Source: Pseudomonadota bacterium (GTDB lineage Bacteria; Pseudomonadota; Gammaproteobacteria; Steroidobacterales; Woeseiaceae). Taken from it: a stretch of 43,829 bases of DNA. The notes under the pieces were generated by a model, which was given only the letters and a program-made list of their open reading frames with translations, ran no database searches and was not told the origin of the DNA. The stretch spans positions 1 to 43,829 of the forward strand of contig JBCCZN010000001.1 of assembly GCA_039187375.1 (NCBI GenBank), read 5' to 3'. Each line of letters begins with the position of its first letter. Positions within the stretch are counted from its first letter, which is position 1. Below, piece after piece: positions 1 to 9,140 of this stretch. A program made the position numbers and the translations under genes.

Positions 1-10
1 AGCAACACTG

Positions 11-1735
11 TTGCTACTGCCACCACACTGGCAGGAGTCGCTGATCGATGTCGTATCGCCGTGGCACCTGGGCGTGCAACGCGAGCGCAACATGATGGTG
101 GCGATGCGCGATGGTGTGCATCTACGCACTGAGGTGCTGCTGCCCACCGGTAGCGACGGCCCGTGGCCAACCATCCTGATTCGAAGCCCGTATCGTGGCT
201 ACAGTCTCGAGCGACGCAAGTTTTTCGTTGATCACGGCTATGCCGTGGTCTTCCAACATGTACGGGGACGTTACGGATCTGAAGGGCAGTTCAGTCCGTA
301 TCGATTTGCCGGTGCCGATGGTAGTGACACGCTCGACTGGATTGTTGCACAACCCTGGGCCAACGATATGGTCGGCACGTTTGGTTGTTCCTACCTCGGT
401 GAGAGTCAGATGATCCTGGCCGCCGAACAACACCCGGCTCATCGGGCGCTGGTGGCCGAAGGTGCCGGTGGTGGCATCGGCAGTGCTGGCGCGCGTTATA
501 ACTACTTCGGTGTCTATGAAAATGGCGTACTGAATCTCGCCTCGCTACTGGGTTGGGCCGTATCCGAAGGTGCCACGGGCACCGACCGAACGCGGGCGCC
601 AGACGATCTGGCTCAACGCATGCAACGAAACCTGAATACGCTACCGATCCGTGACATTGCCTCCAGAGTGGTAGGCTACCCAACAGTTTATGAGCCATTC
701 ATTGATCATGCGTTAACCGATCCGTGGTGGCGCAAGCAAGGCTTTGTCTCGAACGCAGATCAGTTCGCCACGCCGGGGCTGCATTTCACATCGTGGTTTG
801 ATCAAACCGCAGCCGATACGCTGGCGCTGGCCGAGCTCATGCGACGCAACGCGACAAATGACGCGGCACAGCATCAGTCGGTGGTTGTCGGGCCCGGCAC
901 TCACTGCTCGCACCAACAGGCGCGCGGCGCGACACTGCAGGTCGGCGAGCTAACCGTCACCGATGCGGATGCTGATTTTCTGCACACATCGCTCGCGTGG
1001 TTCGATCACTGGCTCAAGCAAGACGCTGTACCACTGCCGCCGGCGCTGCGTACACACGTGTTGATAGAAGATGACTGGCACACGCCGGATCAATGGCCAC
1101 TGCCTGATTCGCAACAGTGGTTTTTGCATGCCGACGGCGTGTTACGTGCCAGCCCGCCGTCGTCATCTGCCCGTTGGCGGTATGACTATGATCCACACAA
1201 TCCGGTACCAACACGGGGTGGCGCGTTTTGTTGTACCGGCAATCCGAACGACCAGCCAGGGGTGTTCGACCAAGCCGATCTTGCGCAACGAGAAGACGTG
1301 TTGAGCTTCACCACGGAAGCACTGAATCAACCGGTACGACTTCTCGGCGCGGCAGAGGTGTCGCTGACTGTTCAGTCCAGTGCACCAGATACCGATTTCA
1401 CCGCCAAACTAGTCGACATCACACCGGATGGTCGACACTTATCACTACAGGACTCGGTGATTCGGCTGCGCTATCGAGACGGTGTCGAAGCGCCGAGCCT
1501 AGTGGTGCCCGGCGCGCGCATTCGAATTCGCATTCCACTGCGGCCGATCGGCTGGCTATTTAAACCCGGTCACCGCATTGGTCTGCATATCTCGAGCAGT
1601 AACGCACCCAGGCTGGCGAGAAATCTGAATACCGGTGCACACGAATATCGAGATGATGACATCGCGGTCGCGACCAATATCATCACCACCTCACAGACAG
1701 AACCACTGACCCTGACATTACCGATCCTGCCCTAA
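11..1735 (+). CDS. CocE/NonD-family (peptidase S15, X-Pro dipeptidyl-peptidase-like) alpha/beta hydrolase
   Basis: 574-aa ORF. The N-terminal 'MVAMRDGVHLRTEVLLP...ILIRSPYRG' and the nucleophile elbow 'GCSYLG' are typical of CocE/NonD hydrolases, and there is a long C-terminal beta-rich domain. The frame stays open to window position 2, so the true 5' end may lie upstream. An in-frame ATG at 92 is an alternative start. Confidence 0.8.
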   Translation: MLLPPHWQESLIDVVSPWHLGVQRERNMMVAMRDGVHLRTEVLLPTGSDGPWPTILIRSPYRGYSLERRKFFVDHGYAVVFQHVRGRYGSEGQFSPYRFAGADGSDTLDWIVAQPWANDMVGTFGCSYLGESQMILAAEQHPAHRALVAEGAGGGIGSAGARYNYFGVYENGVLNLASLLGWAVSEGATGTDRTRAPDDLAQRMQRNLNTLPIRDIASRVVGYPTVYEPFIDHALTDPWWRKQGFVSNADQFATPGLHFTSWFDQTAADTLALAELMRRNATNDAAQHQSVVVGPGTHCSHQQARGATLQVGELTVTDADADFLHTSLAWFDHWLKQDAVPLPPALRTHVLIEDDWHTPDQWPLPDSQQWFLHADGVLRASPPSSSARWRYDYDPHNPVPTRGGAFCCTGNPNDQPGVFDQADLAQREDVLSFTTEALNQPVRLLGAAEVSLTVQSSAPDTDFTAKLVDITPDGRHLSLQDSVIRLRYRDGVEAPSLVVPGARIRIRIPLRPIGWLFKPGHRIGLHISSSNAPRLARNLNTGAHEYRDDDIAVATNIITTSQTEPLTLTLPILP

Positions 1736-1748
1736 ACTGAGGCTTCGA

Positions 1749-2345
1749 TCAGCTTGTCGCTGTCAGGCAAATGATCAGATAGTCTGTTGACAGACTACTG
1801 CCATTCAAGCGCACCTTGCCAGCCAGATTCCAGGCCTCCGTCCCGGAGGTCACGGCACCGTCGCCATCGATCGCATCGCTGATTTTACGGGCGACATCGT
1901 TGCTAATACCTCGTAGACGGTAGATGAGAAAATCACCCTCTACATTACCGTCCCCATCCAAATCGCACTGACCCGCAGCACGCCATTCGTTAAAGATGAT
2001 GGCTTCCGAGCTTTGACTAATTGGATTAGTAATGTCCGATTCGATGTAGGGTCCCTGCCAGCCAGAGACCGTACCACCGCTAGAAGACAGGTTGCTGGTC
2101 AGCTGTCGCTCCCAGCTCGAGGCGACCGGATTACGTTGCCGCGGCCACTGGCCGGTATCGGTGTAATAACGTGCGGCTGCCGTCTCGAGGGTCCGTGCCT
2201 GTTGAAGCACTGCACTGACTCGAGCATCCAAAATCGCATCGAAGATCATCGGTGTTGCCATCGCTGCCAAAATGGCAATCACTGCAACCACACCGATCAT
2301 CTCCATCAACGTGAAGCCTGTCTGTCCCTGTTTTGTTGTGCGCAT
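1749..2345 (-). CDS. GspG-like pseudopilin (prepilin-type N-terminal cleavage/methylation domain protein), paralogue 1
   Basis: Class III signal 'G|FTLMEMIGVVAVIAILAAMATPMIF' with Glu at +5. Also has 'W.GPY', 'DLDGDG' and a C-terminal 'DGDGAVTSG..AW' loop. It is a paralogue of 20546-21127 and 21131-21730. Confidence 0.75.
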   Translation of the reverse strand: MRTTKQGQTGFTLMEMIGVVAVIAILAAMATPMIFDAILDARVSAVLQQARTLETAAARYYTDTGQWPRQRNPVASSWERQLTSNLSSSGGTVSGWQGPYIESDITNPISQSSEAIIFNEWRAAGQCDLDGDGNVEGDFLIYRLRGISNDVARKISDAIDGDGAVTSGTEAWNLAGKVRLNGSSLSTDYLIICLTATS

Positions 2346-2400
2346 CGCTGTTCCGCCGCTATGAAACTCACAGCGAATAGCGACCCAACATTCAGATACT

Positions 2401-3276
2401 TTAGAGTTTCGGGATCAACACGGGCGTTGTGCGCTTGTAGTCTTCATAGTCGGCTTGCCCACCCCAACGCTCGTCGGAGCGACGCTCCAGCAACGGCACG
2501 CCGCTGACGCGGGTCAACAGCAGGGTGACAAACACTGGCGAGATCAGCGTGACGAATTGCCAGCCTTTCAAGACGGGAAGCGCCACTACGGCAATGCCGA
2601 TCCACAGCACGATTTCACCGAAGTAGTTTGGATGGCGGGAGCGTGACCAAAGCCCGACATTGATGAACTTGCCAGCGTTTGCCGGATCGGATTTGAAATG
2701 GCTTTTCTGGTTATCGGCAACGACCTCAATGATGAAACCGATCAGCCAAATAGACAGGCCCAAGATGCCAACGATGCCAAGTGGCACGCGTTGCGCGCTG
2801 GTGATGACAGCCAAAGCCGCTGCAGCGGTGAACACGACCCAAAGGCCCTGCAGCGTCCAGGCCATGAGGAAACGGACAGGGCGACCTTTTATGTCATCGA
2901 AGCGACCGTCTTTACCATCCTTGGAGATGCGCCGAAACAAAAACGTAGCCAGGCGAACCGACCAAATCACCACACAGGCTGCGACAAGTTGGCCGCGAAG
3001 GTCCAGTGTTGGGGCAAGCAATACAGCGAGTGCGGTAACCGAGATATAGGACAGACCGCCAGTCAAGTCATAGAATTTTTCGGTCCTGCCCAACGCACTC
3101 GGAACGAACACAATCCAGTTGATAGCAAACGCAACAATCGCGCACAGTGCAAACAGCGGGATGTTGTTGTAGTGGACACTACCTGTGCTGCCTGCCCAGG
3201 CGACCAGTGCGCCAAGGCTTGTCGCAATGATGATGGCGATCACGCTTTGGCTGTTCGTACGTTGCGGCTCTGACAT
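2401..3276 (-). CDS. DUF1295 / steroid 5-alpha-reductase-like polytopic membrane protein
   Basis: Multi-TM protein with the C-terminal signature 'SRSRHPNYFGEIVLWIGIA'. I chose the start at the ATG (3276) preceded by a GGGGGAG Shine-Dalgarno sequence. The longer ORF-track start at 3303 would overlap the upstream gene. Confidence 0.75.
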   Translation of the reverse strand: MSEPQRTNSQSVIAIIIATSLGALVAWAGSTGSVHYNNIPLFALCAIVAFAINWIVFVPSALGRTEKFYDLTGGLSYISVTALAVLLAPTLDLRGQLVAACVVIWSVRLATFLFRRISKDGKDGRFDDIKGRPVRFLMAWTLQGLWVVFTAAAALAVITSAQRVPLGIVGILGLSIWLIGFIIEVVADNQKSHFKSDPANAGKFINVGLWSRSRHPNYFGEIVLWIGIAVVALPVLKGWQFVTLISPVFVTLLLTRVSGVPLLERRSDERWGGQADYEDYKRTTPVLIPKL

Positions 3277-3289
3277 TGAAGCTCCCCCT

Positions 3290-3997
3290 TCAATCGAATT
3301 CATACTTGTTCAGTGGATTCACTAATGCGGGCGATTCATTGCGCGCATTGTTCACCGTCTTGGCGACCGGCCACGCGCGCAACTCTTGTGCGCGCGCTTC
3401 CGCGTTCAACTCACGCAACGCCGGTGGATTGGCGCCATCTCCAGCAAGCCAGTGCTCGGCGGCGACATCATCCAACATGACCGGCATTCGATGATGCAAG
3501 GACTCAATGTTGCCGCTCGAGGGCATTGTCAGCACGGTGAACGTCTCTATGATCTGTTCTTCACAGAGCGAATCGTCGGCCACGCTGTTATCGCGCCAAC
3601 GCTCCCATAGACCGGCAAAGCCGATCGGTTGTTCGTCTTCGCGGCTAATGTAATACGGCTGCTTGCCATCGGCACCGGTGATCCACTCATAGTAGCCATC
3701 GGCGGGCACGACACAGCGACGCTCTCGAAATGCAGCGCGATACGCCGGTTTCTCGGCAACCGTTTCAGCACGCGCATTGATCATGCGCGACGCCATCCGC
3801 TTGTCCTTAGCCCAGAAGGGCAACAGACCCCAGCGCAGCATCGACACGCTGCGCACGCCATCGTCGACTCGAACCACTGCAGCCAGGTCAGTCGGCGCAA
3901 TATTGAATTGAGCGATGACCGCGAGGTCGGGTGCGTGGACGCCAAACAGATCCCGTACCGCCTCGGCAGCCGAATAAAACGCGAAGCGGCCGCACAT
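3290..3997 (-). CDS. yedK: SOS-response-associated peptidase (SRAP/YedK family, abasic-site DNA-protein crosslink protein)
   Basis: Begins 'MCGRFA' with the catalytic Cys2. 'LRWGLLPFWAKD' and 'PADGYYEW' motifs are present. Confidence 0.9.
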   Translation of the reverse strand: MCGRFAFYSAAEAVRDLFGVHAPDLAVIAQFNIAPTDLAAVVRVDDGVRSVSMLRWGLLPFWAKDKRMASRMINARAETVAEKPAYRAAFRERRCVVPADGYYEWITGADGKQPYYISREDEQPIGFAGLWERWRDNSVADDSLCEEQIIETFTVLTMPSSGNIESLHHRMPVMLDDVAAEHWLAGDGANPPALRELNAEARAQELRAWPVAKTVNNARNESPALVNPLNKYEFD

Positions 3998-3999
3998 AC

Positions 4000-4791
4000 C
4001 TACTCGCGCACGCCAATGCCACGATTAAGCAGGAACAGGCAAACGCCAAATAGCAGCACAACAAAAAACAACACGATGACATAGGCCGTCAGGATTGGAA
4101 TATCCGATTGCCCTAAAACGCCATAGCGAAATGCGTTCACCATATACAAGATAGGGTTGGCCATCGAGACGTTTTGCCAAAACTCAGGTAGTAGAGAAAT
4201 CGAATAAAAGACACCGCCAAGATAGGTCAGTGGCGTCAAGACGAAGGTTGGGATAATCGAAATATCATCAAATTTTTTGGCAAATACCGCATTGATAAAT
4301 CCTGCCAGTGAAAACACCACCGACGTCAGGAATACCATAGTAATCATTACCAGCGGATAACGAACCTCCAGATCCGCGAAACACAAGGCAATGATCGCAA
4401 CCAAAGCACCTACCATCAGACCGCGCAATACCCCGCCAGCAACATGCCCGAGGATGATGACACTGTTAGGCATCGGCGAGACAAGCATTTCCTCGACATG
4501 GCGCGCGAACTTAGCGCCGAAAAATGATGACACAACATTACCGTAGGAGTTGGTAATCACCGACATCATGATGAGTCCCGGCGCGATGAACTGCATATAG
4601 CTAAAGCCATCCATTGTGCCGATACGACTGCCAATGAGGGTTCCGAAAATCAAGAAATACAGCGTCATCGTGATTGCCGGCGGCACGATAGTCTGAACCC
4701 AGATTCGAATAACCCTTACCCACTCCTTGCGCACGATGGTGAGAAACGCGACCCAGTTTCGGCGCAGGTTTGATGGATGAGTTGTATTCAT
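4000..4791 (-). CDS. yadH: ABC-2 type transporter permease (YadH-like)
   Basis: 263-aa six-TM ABC-2 permease. It overlaps the upstream ATPase gene by 4 nt. Confidence 0.85.
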   Translation of the reverse strand: MNTTHPSNLRRNWVAFLTIVRKEWVRVIRIWVQTIVPPAITMTLYFLIFGTLIGSRIGTMDGFSYMQFIAPGLIMMSVITNSYGNVVSSFFGAKFARHVEEMLVSPMPNSVIILGHVAGGVLRGLMVGALVAIIALCFADLEVRYPLVMITMVFLTSVVFSLAGFINAVFAKKFDDISIIPTFVLTPLTYLGGVFYSISLLPEFWQNVSMANPILYMVNAFRYGVLGQSDIPILTAYVIVLFFVVLLFGVCLFLLNRGIGVRE

Positions 4792-5720
4792 GCTGTAACC
4801 GCCGATTGATGATTCTCATCAACGAGATTCAAAAACAACTCTTCCAAACGATTCGCTTTATTACGCATTGATGCGACGCTGACACCGACGGCTTGCAGCT
4901 CTGCAAACATGGCATTGAGCGTCTGGCCGCGTTGCATCAGGACTTCCAGATCGCCGTCATCGCGCAAGCTGACATTAAAACTGGGCAGCTGCGGTGCAAC
5001 GTGCATCGGCTCGCTAGGTGAGAGTACAAACACCTCACGCTGCAATTTACGCAACAACGCATTCATCGAGCTTTGCTCAACGATTTCACCATGATCGATG
5101 ATGGCGATATTGCGACACAACGACTCGGCTTCTTCGAGGTAATGGGTGGTCAGAATGATCGTCGTACCGTTGGCATTGATCTCGCGCAGGAACGCCCACA
5201 TCGAGCGACGGATTTCGATATCAACGCCAGCGGTGGGTTCATCGAGAATCAGCAGTTTCGGCTCATGGATCAATGCGCGCGCAATCATCAGCCTGCGCTT
5301 CATGCCGCCCGACAAATTACGTGCAATGTCATCACGCTTGTCCCAGAGCTTCAGTTGCTTGAGATATTTTTCTGCGCGCTGCTTAGCCAGCTCGGTCGGT
5401 ATGCCGTAGTAGCCGGCCTGATACAACACAATGTTCCAGACCTTCTCGAATAGATTCAGATTAATTTCCTGCGGTACCAATCCGATGCAAGTCTTGGCTT
5501 CGCCCAATTCAGTATCCAGATCGTGACCAAATACACGGACCCGCCCCGATGATTTGGTAACCAGCGACGTGATGATGCCGATGCTGGTGGTTTTGCCCGC
5601 CCCATTGGGCCCCAGCAATGCGCAGAAATCCCCCTCTTCGACGGCCATGCTAATGCCGCGCAAGGCGGCCACACCGTTCGGATAGGTCTTGGTGACGTTG
5701 TCGAGCTCGAGTGCAAACAT
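4788..5720 (-). CDS. yadG: ABC transporter ATP-binding protein (YadG-like)
   Basis: Walker A 'GPNGAGKTT', ABC signature 'LSGGMKRRL' and Walker B 'LLILDEP'. Confidence 0.9.
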   Translation of the reverse strand: MFALELDNVTKTYPNGVAALRGISMAVEEGDFCALLGPNGAGKTTSIGIITSLVTKSSGRVRVFGHDLDTELGEAKTCIGLVPQEINLNLFEKVWNIVLYQAGYYGIPTELAKQRAEKYLKQLKLWDKRDDIARNLSGGMKRRLMIARALIHEPKLLILDEPTAGVDIEIRRSMWAFLREINANGTTIILTTHYLEEAESLCRNIAIIDHGEIVEQSSMNALLRKLQREVFVLSPSEPMHVAPQLPSFNVSLRDDGDLEVLMQRGQTLNAMFAELQAVGVSVASMRNKANRLEELFLNLVDENHQSAVTA

Positions 5721-5739
5721 CCCGCCATTGTAGCGCGAA

Positions 5740-6339
5740 TCACTGGTCCGGCAGTGCTCGGCTCAGTGTCGGCAGATTTCGCGGTTGACGATTCAGGCGC
5801 GAGCGCGACAGACACATTTGCAATCCGGCGGCCCCGAGACTGGCACGCTGTAAAGCGCTGATTCCAGAGCGGCGTAATAGGTCGTGCCAGTACCCGGGTA
5901 CATCGATCAATCGCGGTCGCAAATGCGATGCCTTTGCAAAACCGACCAGCTCGGCAAGCTGGCGCTGCGCCAGGTCCTCGATCCATGAGATAGGCGCACC
6001 ACTGACCAGACGAGCCGCCGCAATGTCAGTTTTGGCAAGCTGCCAGATAAACGTCAACGCAGCGCAAATGAGCGTCGCCGTGCTGTCGTGGTGTGCGCCC
6101 AGCCAAACACCACTTGGCTCGTTGACCCCGCAATGTCCAATTTCGATTCGAAACAACAGAAACGGACACTGACGCAATGAAGAATGACGCTCATGGCGCG
6201 CCGTGGACAACGCTGTGATTAACGTCGGCTCGACCGCCACGCGCTGCGCCTGTGCCGCAGCATACAACTCACCGATAAACGCCTGATTGAGTGATTGCAC
6301 CTGCGCAACTGTCTCAGCGCTAAAACCCGTATTTGTCAT
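5740..6339 (-). CDS. hypothetical protein (possible partner of the divergent FlhC-like regulator)
   Basis: ORF with no motif I recognise. I chose the start at the ATG (6339), which is preceded by AAGGGGA on the minus strand ('MTNTGFSAETV...'). It sits 19 nt upstream of yadG on the same strand. Confidence 0.45.
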   Translation of the reverse strand: MTNTGFSAETVAQVQSLNQAFIGELYAAAQAQRVAVEPTLITALSTARHERHSSLRQCPFLLFRIEIGHCGVNEPSGVWLGAHHDSTATLICAALTFIWQLAKTDIAAARLVSGAPISWIEDLAQRQLAELVGFAKASHLRPRLIDVPGYWHDLLRRSGISALQRASLGAAGLQMCLSRSRLNRQPRNLPTLSRALPDQ

Positions 6340-6479
6340 CTGAATCCCCTTAATTGCATTATTTGGGCGTATTTGATCATATGTATCACGCCATGCAAAG
6401 ACATTAAATCGAACAGCGGCACCGATACAGCCGCATTTTTTTCTCATTCAGTAAATTAAGCAGGGGATAAGGGGAGACC

Positions 6480-7064
6480 ATGAACGAGCGATATCACCGC
6501 GAGCGCCATCAGACCGATCTGGCACTTCGCATGATCGGGTTTGAAGCCCGCACCAACACTATCCGCCAGTGCACCGGATTATCCGATGACCGAATCCGTA
6601 AACTCTGTCGCCAGTATTTTGGTGGCAAAAACGGCGAGTCGATTCGACGTCGACGCGGTAAATCACCAAAGCAAGTCGCGCGATTCGTCAAGAATGCACA
6701 GCATCAACTGGAAGCCACGACGTTGATGCATCTGTTTGTGAATTACGGCGTGCTGCGTATCGATGACGCCAGGCAGTTTCATTGCGACTGGCGAGAGGCA
6801 GATATCGGCATCAGCCGGCGCGTCTGTGATGCGTATGCTGCTTATCGGCTCATTCACACCGATGGTGCGTTTTCATTCGAATGGGCATGGAATCTCTTAC
6901 AGTCACTGGCACGCGATGAAGAGCTCGCACTGGCGAATTGTCAGCGCTGTGACTCAGACTATGTCCGCGACCGATTCGCACTGCACTTCCACGTCTGCCC
7001 GGCCTGCGAGATTCGCACCGAGCGACGTCGACGCCCGGGCGCAAGACAATACGCCGGCCAATAA
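6480..7064 (+). CDS. FlhC-like zinc-ribbon transcriptional regulator (putative)
   Basis: The N-terminal '[36 protein letters not shown]' parallels the FlhC N-terminal helices as I recall them. The C-terminal 'CQRC...13...CPAC' four-Cys cluster matches the FlhC zinc site. A strong RBS (AAGGGGAG) precedes the ATG. Confidence 0.55.
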   Translation: MNERYHRERHQTDLALRMIGFEARTNTIRQCTGLSDDRIRKLCRQYFGGKNGESIRRRRGKSPKQVARFVKNAQHQLEATTLMHLFVNYGVLRIDDARQFHCDWREADIGISRRVCDAYAAYRLIHTDGAFSFEWAWNLLQSLARDEELALANCQRCDSDYVRDRFALHFHVCPACEIRTERRRRPGARQYAGQ

Positions 7065-7171
7065 TTCAGCGCGACGAATCAACGTCTAGGTTTTTCAGGA
7101 CACTAGCTATACCGAATTGGCCTACACTGCGAGCGCGGTGTTCTGCGCCGCGACATCTAAGGGAGATATCA

Positions 7172-7591
7172 ATGTTTGCAGAATTCAAAAAATTCGCCAT
7201 GCGCGGCAACGTCGTCGATATGGCAGTGGGGATCATCATCGGCGCGGCGTTCGGCAAGATCGTCAGCTCATTCGTCAAAGACGTCGTCATGCCGCCGATC
7301 GGCAAAATGATGGGCAACGTGGACTTCAGCAATCTGTTTGTGAATCTGTCCGAAACGGCGGTCGAGTCACTGGCAGCAGCCGAAGAAGCAGGGATTCCGG
7401 TCATCGCTTACGGTCGGTTCATTAACACCGTCATCGACTTTCTGATTGTTGCGTTTGTCATCTTTATTGCCATCCGCATCATGAACAAACTGAAGGCCGA
7501 GGAAGAGGAAGCACCACCGCCGGCACCACCGGAGCCGTCTGCAGAAGAAAAACTGCTGACCGAAATTCGCGACTTGCTCAGCAAAGGCTAA
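7172..7591 (+). CDS. mscL: large-conductance mechanosensitive channel
   Basis: '[40 protein letters not shown]' is near-canonical MscL. Length is 139 aa. Confidence 0.95.
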   Translation: MFAEFKKFAMRGNVVDMAVGIIIGAAFGKIVSSFVKDVVMPPIGKMMGNVDFSNLFVNLSETAVESLAAAEEAGIPVIAYGRFINTVIDFLIVAFVIFIAIRIMNKLKAEEEEAPPPAPPEPSAEEKLLTEIRDLLSKG

Positions 7592-7600
7592 ATCGCTAAG

Positions 7601-7632
7601 CAGGCTGTGGTGCCAATGGGTGCCACAGTCTG
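7601..7632 (+). terminator. stable hairpin downstream of mscL (terminator-like, no clear U-tract)
   Basis: CAGGCTGTGGTGCC-AATG-GGTGCCACAGTCTG forms a roughly 14-bp stem with a few G-U pairs, 10 nt after the mscL stop. The downstream sequence 'ccgcgttaatctc' is not U-rich. Confidence 0.35.
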
Positions 7633-7647
7633 CCGCGTTAATCTCTC

Positions 7648-8421
7648 ATGTGCCTTGTTAGTATCGCCTGGCAACAACACCCGGACCTTGCGTTACTAAT
7701 AGCTGCCAACCGTGATGAACGGTTCGACCGTCCCAGTGATCCGCTTGGCTGGTGGCACGCTGACCCGGACATCCTGGGCGGTCGTGATCGGGAAGCCGGG
7801 GGCGCCTGGCTGGCATTACATCGTTGCGGGCGTTTTGGGGTCGTTACCAATTTTCGTGAAATGCCCGGCAAGGGCGATAAGCCCCGCAGCCGTGGCGACC
7901 TCGTGACTGATTGGCTAACCGGTGATATGAGCACCGATGACTATGCTGAAGCGGTGTTGACACGCGGCGCTGACTACGCCGGCTTTAATCTGCTCTATGG
8001 CGACCCGACCACACTCGCCTATGTCTCCAATCGCACAGACCAACATGGACCGCTCGCGCCGGGCACCTACGCACTGAGTAACGGTCTGCTCGATTCTGCC
8101 TGGCCAAAGGTCGATGCTGCGCGTCGTGCCATGGCGCAAGCAGCGGCAGCCGGTCGACGCGATCCCTATGCGTTTATGCCGTTTCTGACCGATACGACAC
8201 AGGCGCCGGACAACCAATTACCAGTCGAGGACATCGATATCGAACGTCGCCGGGCACTGTCGGCGCCGTTTATCCTGGACCATCGCTACGGCACACGATG
8301 CTCAACAGTTGTCTCGATGAGCACCGAGGGTGACGTGCAAATGTTCGAACAGCGCTTCGAAGCTCGAGGCACACCTGTCGGACACGATTCGGCCAGTTTC
8401 AGGATTCGCCCAATTGACTGA
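7648..8421 (+). CDS. NRDE-family protein (DUF833/TANGO2-like)
   Basis: Starts 'MCLVSIAW' and contains 'ANRDERFDRP', the eponymous NRDE motif. Confidence 0.8.
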   Translation: MCLVSIAWQQHPDLALLIAANRDERFDRPSDPLGWWHADPDILGGRDREAGGAWLALHRCGRFGVVTNFREMPGKGDKPRSRGDLVTDWLTGDMSTDDYAEAVLTRGADYAGFNLLYGDPTTLAYVSNRTDQHGPLAPGTYALSNGLLDSAWPKVDAARRAMAQAAAAGRRDPYAFMPFLTDTTQAPDNQLPVEDIDIERRRALSAPFILDHRYGTRCSTVVSMSTEGDVQMFEQRFEARGTPVGHDSASFRIRPID

Positions 8422-9064
8422 GCAGCCACGCTCGCAGCAGCGTGATTTCTTCCATGCAGACCTGATGTGCCATCGGGTAGGTCTGGTACTGCACCGAATA
8501 GCCCAATGCCGAGATAAACTCACACGCATCCTCTGCCAACGCCAATGGCAACACCGGGTCATGTGTACCGTGCACTAACAACACCGGCAGCGATGACTGC
8601 AATCCGGCATGTTCTGCGACCACCTGTGGCTGCAGCGGCAAATAGGTCGACAGGCCGATGACACCGGCAAGCGGTGTCGAGCGACGCAATGCGGTAAACA
8701 AAGCGATGGCGCCGCCCTGCGAGAACCCAGCCATGACAATACGCTCCGGCGTAATACCCGCAGCCATTTGAGCGTCGACCAATTCATCCAGATAGGCACT
8801 GCTCTTGCGGATACCAGCCTCATCCTGCTGTGCATGCCGATCCACGCCGAGGATATCGAACCATGCGGGCATCGCCACGCCACCATTGATGGTGACCGGC
8901 TGCACCGGTGCATGCGGCAGCACAAAGCGCACTCTGCAACTTTCAGGTAGGCGCAGTTCATTGACGATCGGCGCAAAATCATGGCCGTCAGCGCCAAGGC
9001 CGTGCAGCAACACCACCGCCGCATCAGGCTGCGGCGCACTTTCAATGACGATTGGATCTTTCAT
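8399..9064 (-). CDS. phospholipase/carboxylesterase-family alpha/beta hydrolase
   Basis: 'VVLLHGLGADGHDF', nucleophile elbow 'GFSQGG', and a C-terminal 'HGTHDPVLP...MAH' triad context. Its 3' end overlaps the convergent NRDE gene by 23 nt. Confidence 0.85.
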   Translation of the reverse strand: MKDPIVIESAPQPDAAVVLLHGLGADGHDFAPIVNELRLPESCRVRFVLPHAPVQPVTINGGVAMPAWFDILGVDRHAQQDEAGIRKSSAYLDELVDAQMAAGITPERIVMAGFSQGGAIALFTALRRSTPLAGVIGLSTYLPLQPQVVAEHAGLQSSLPVLLVHGTHDPVLPLALAEDACEFISALGYSVQYQTYPMAHQVCMEEITLLRAWLLSQLGES

Positions 9065-9089
9065 CGGCGCAGAATACCGGATTAATCTA

Positions 9090-9125
9090 TTGCATTTTTA
9101 TGCGCATGATTATATTTTATGCGCA
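9090..9125 (+). promoter_or_regulatory. putative argR/arg-operon promoter overlapped by an ARG-box-like operator
   Basis: TTGCAT (9090-9095) is followed 15-17 nt later by TATATT/TATTTT. The near-palindrome TGCAT-TTTT-ATGCG (9091-9104) resembles the ARG-box core TGAATwwwwATTCA. 'TTTTATGCGCA' occurs twice, at 9096-9106 and 9115-9125. Confidence 0.4.
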
Positions 9126-9140
9126 AATATCGGAATTGCC

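Noticed and set aside
5456-5986. 176-aa minus-strand ORF spanning the yadG 5' end and the upstream gene
   Set aside because: It is out of frame with two better-supported genes on the same strand. Its composition is low-complexity and Arg/Ala/Pro-rich. It is probably a GC-driven open frame.
5740-7064. Idea that the FlhC-like gene marks an integrative conjugative element
   Set aside because: The window contains no integrase, relaxase, ParB/DnaB-like, T4SS or tRNA attachment site. The flanks are ordinary housekeeping genes with the same composition.
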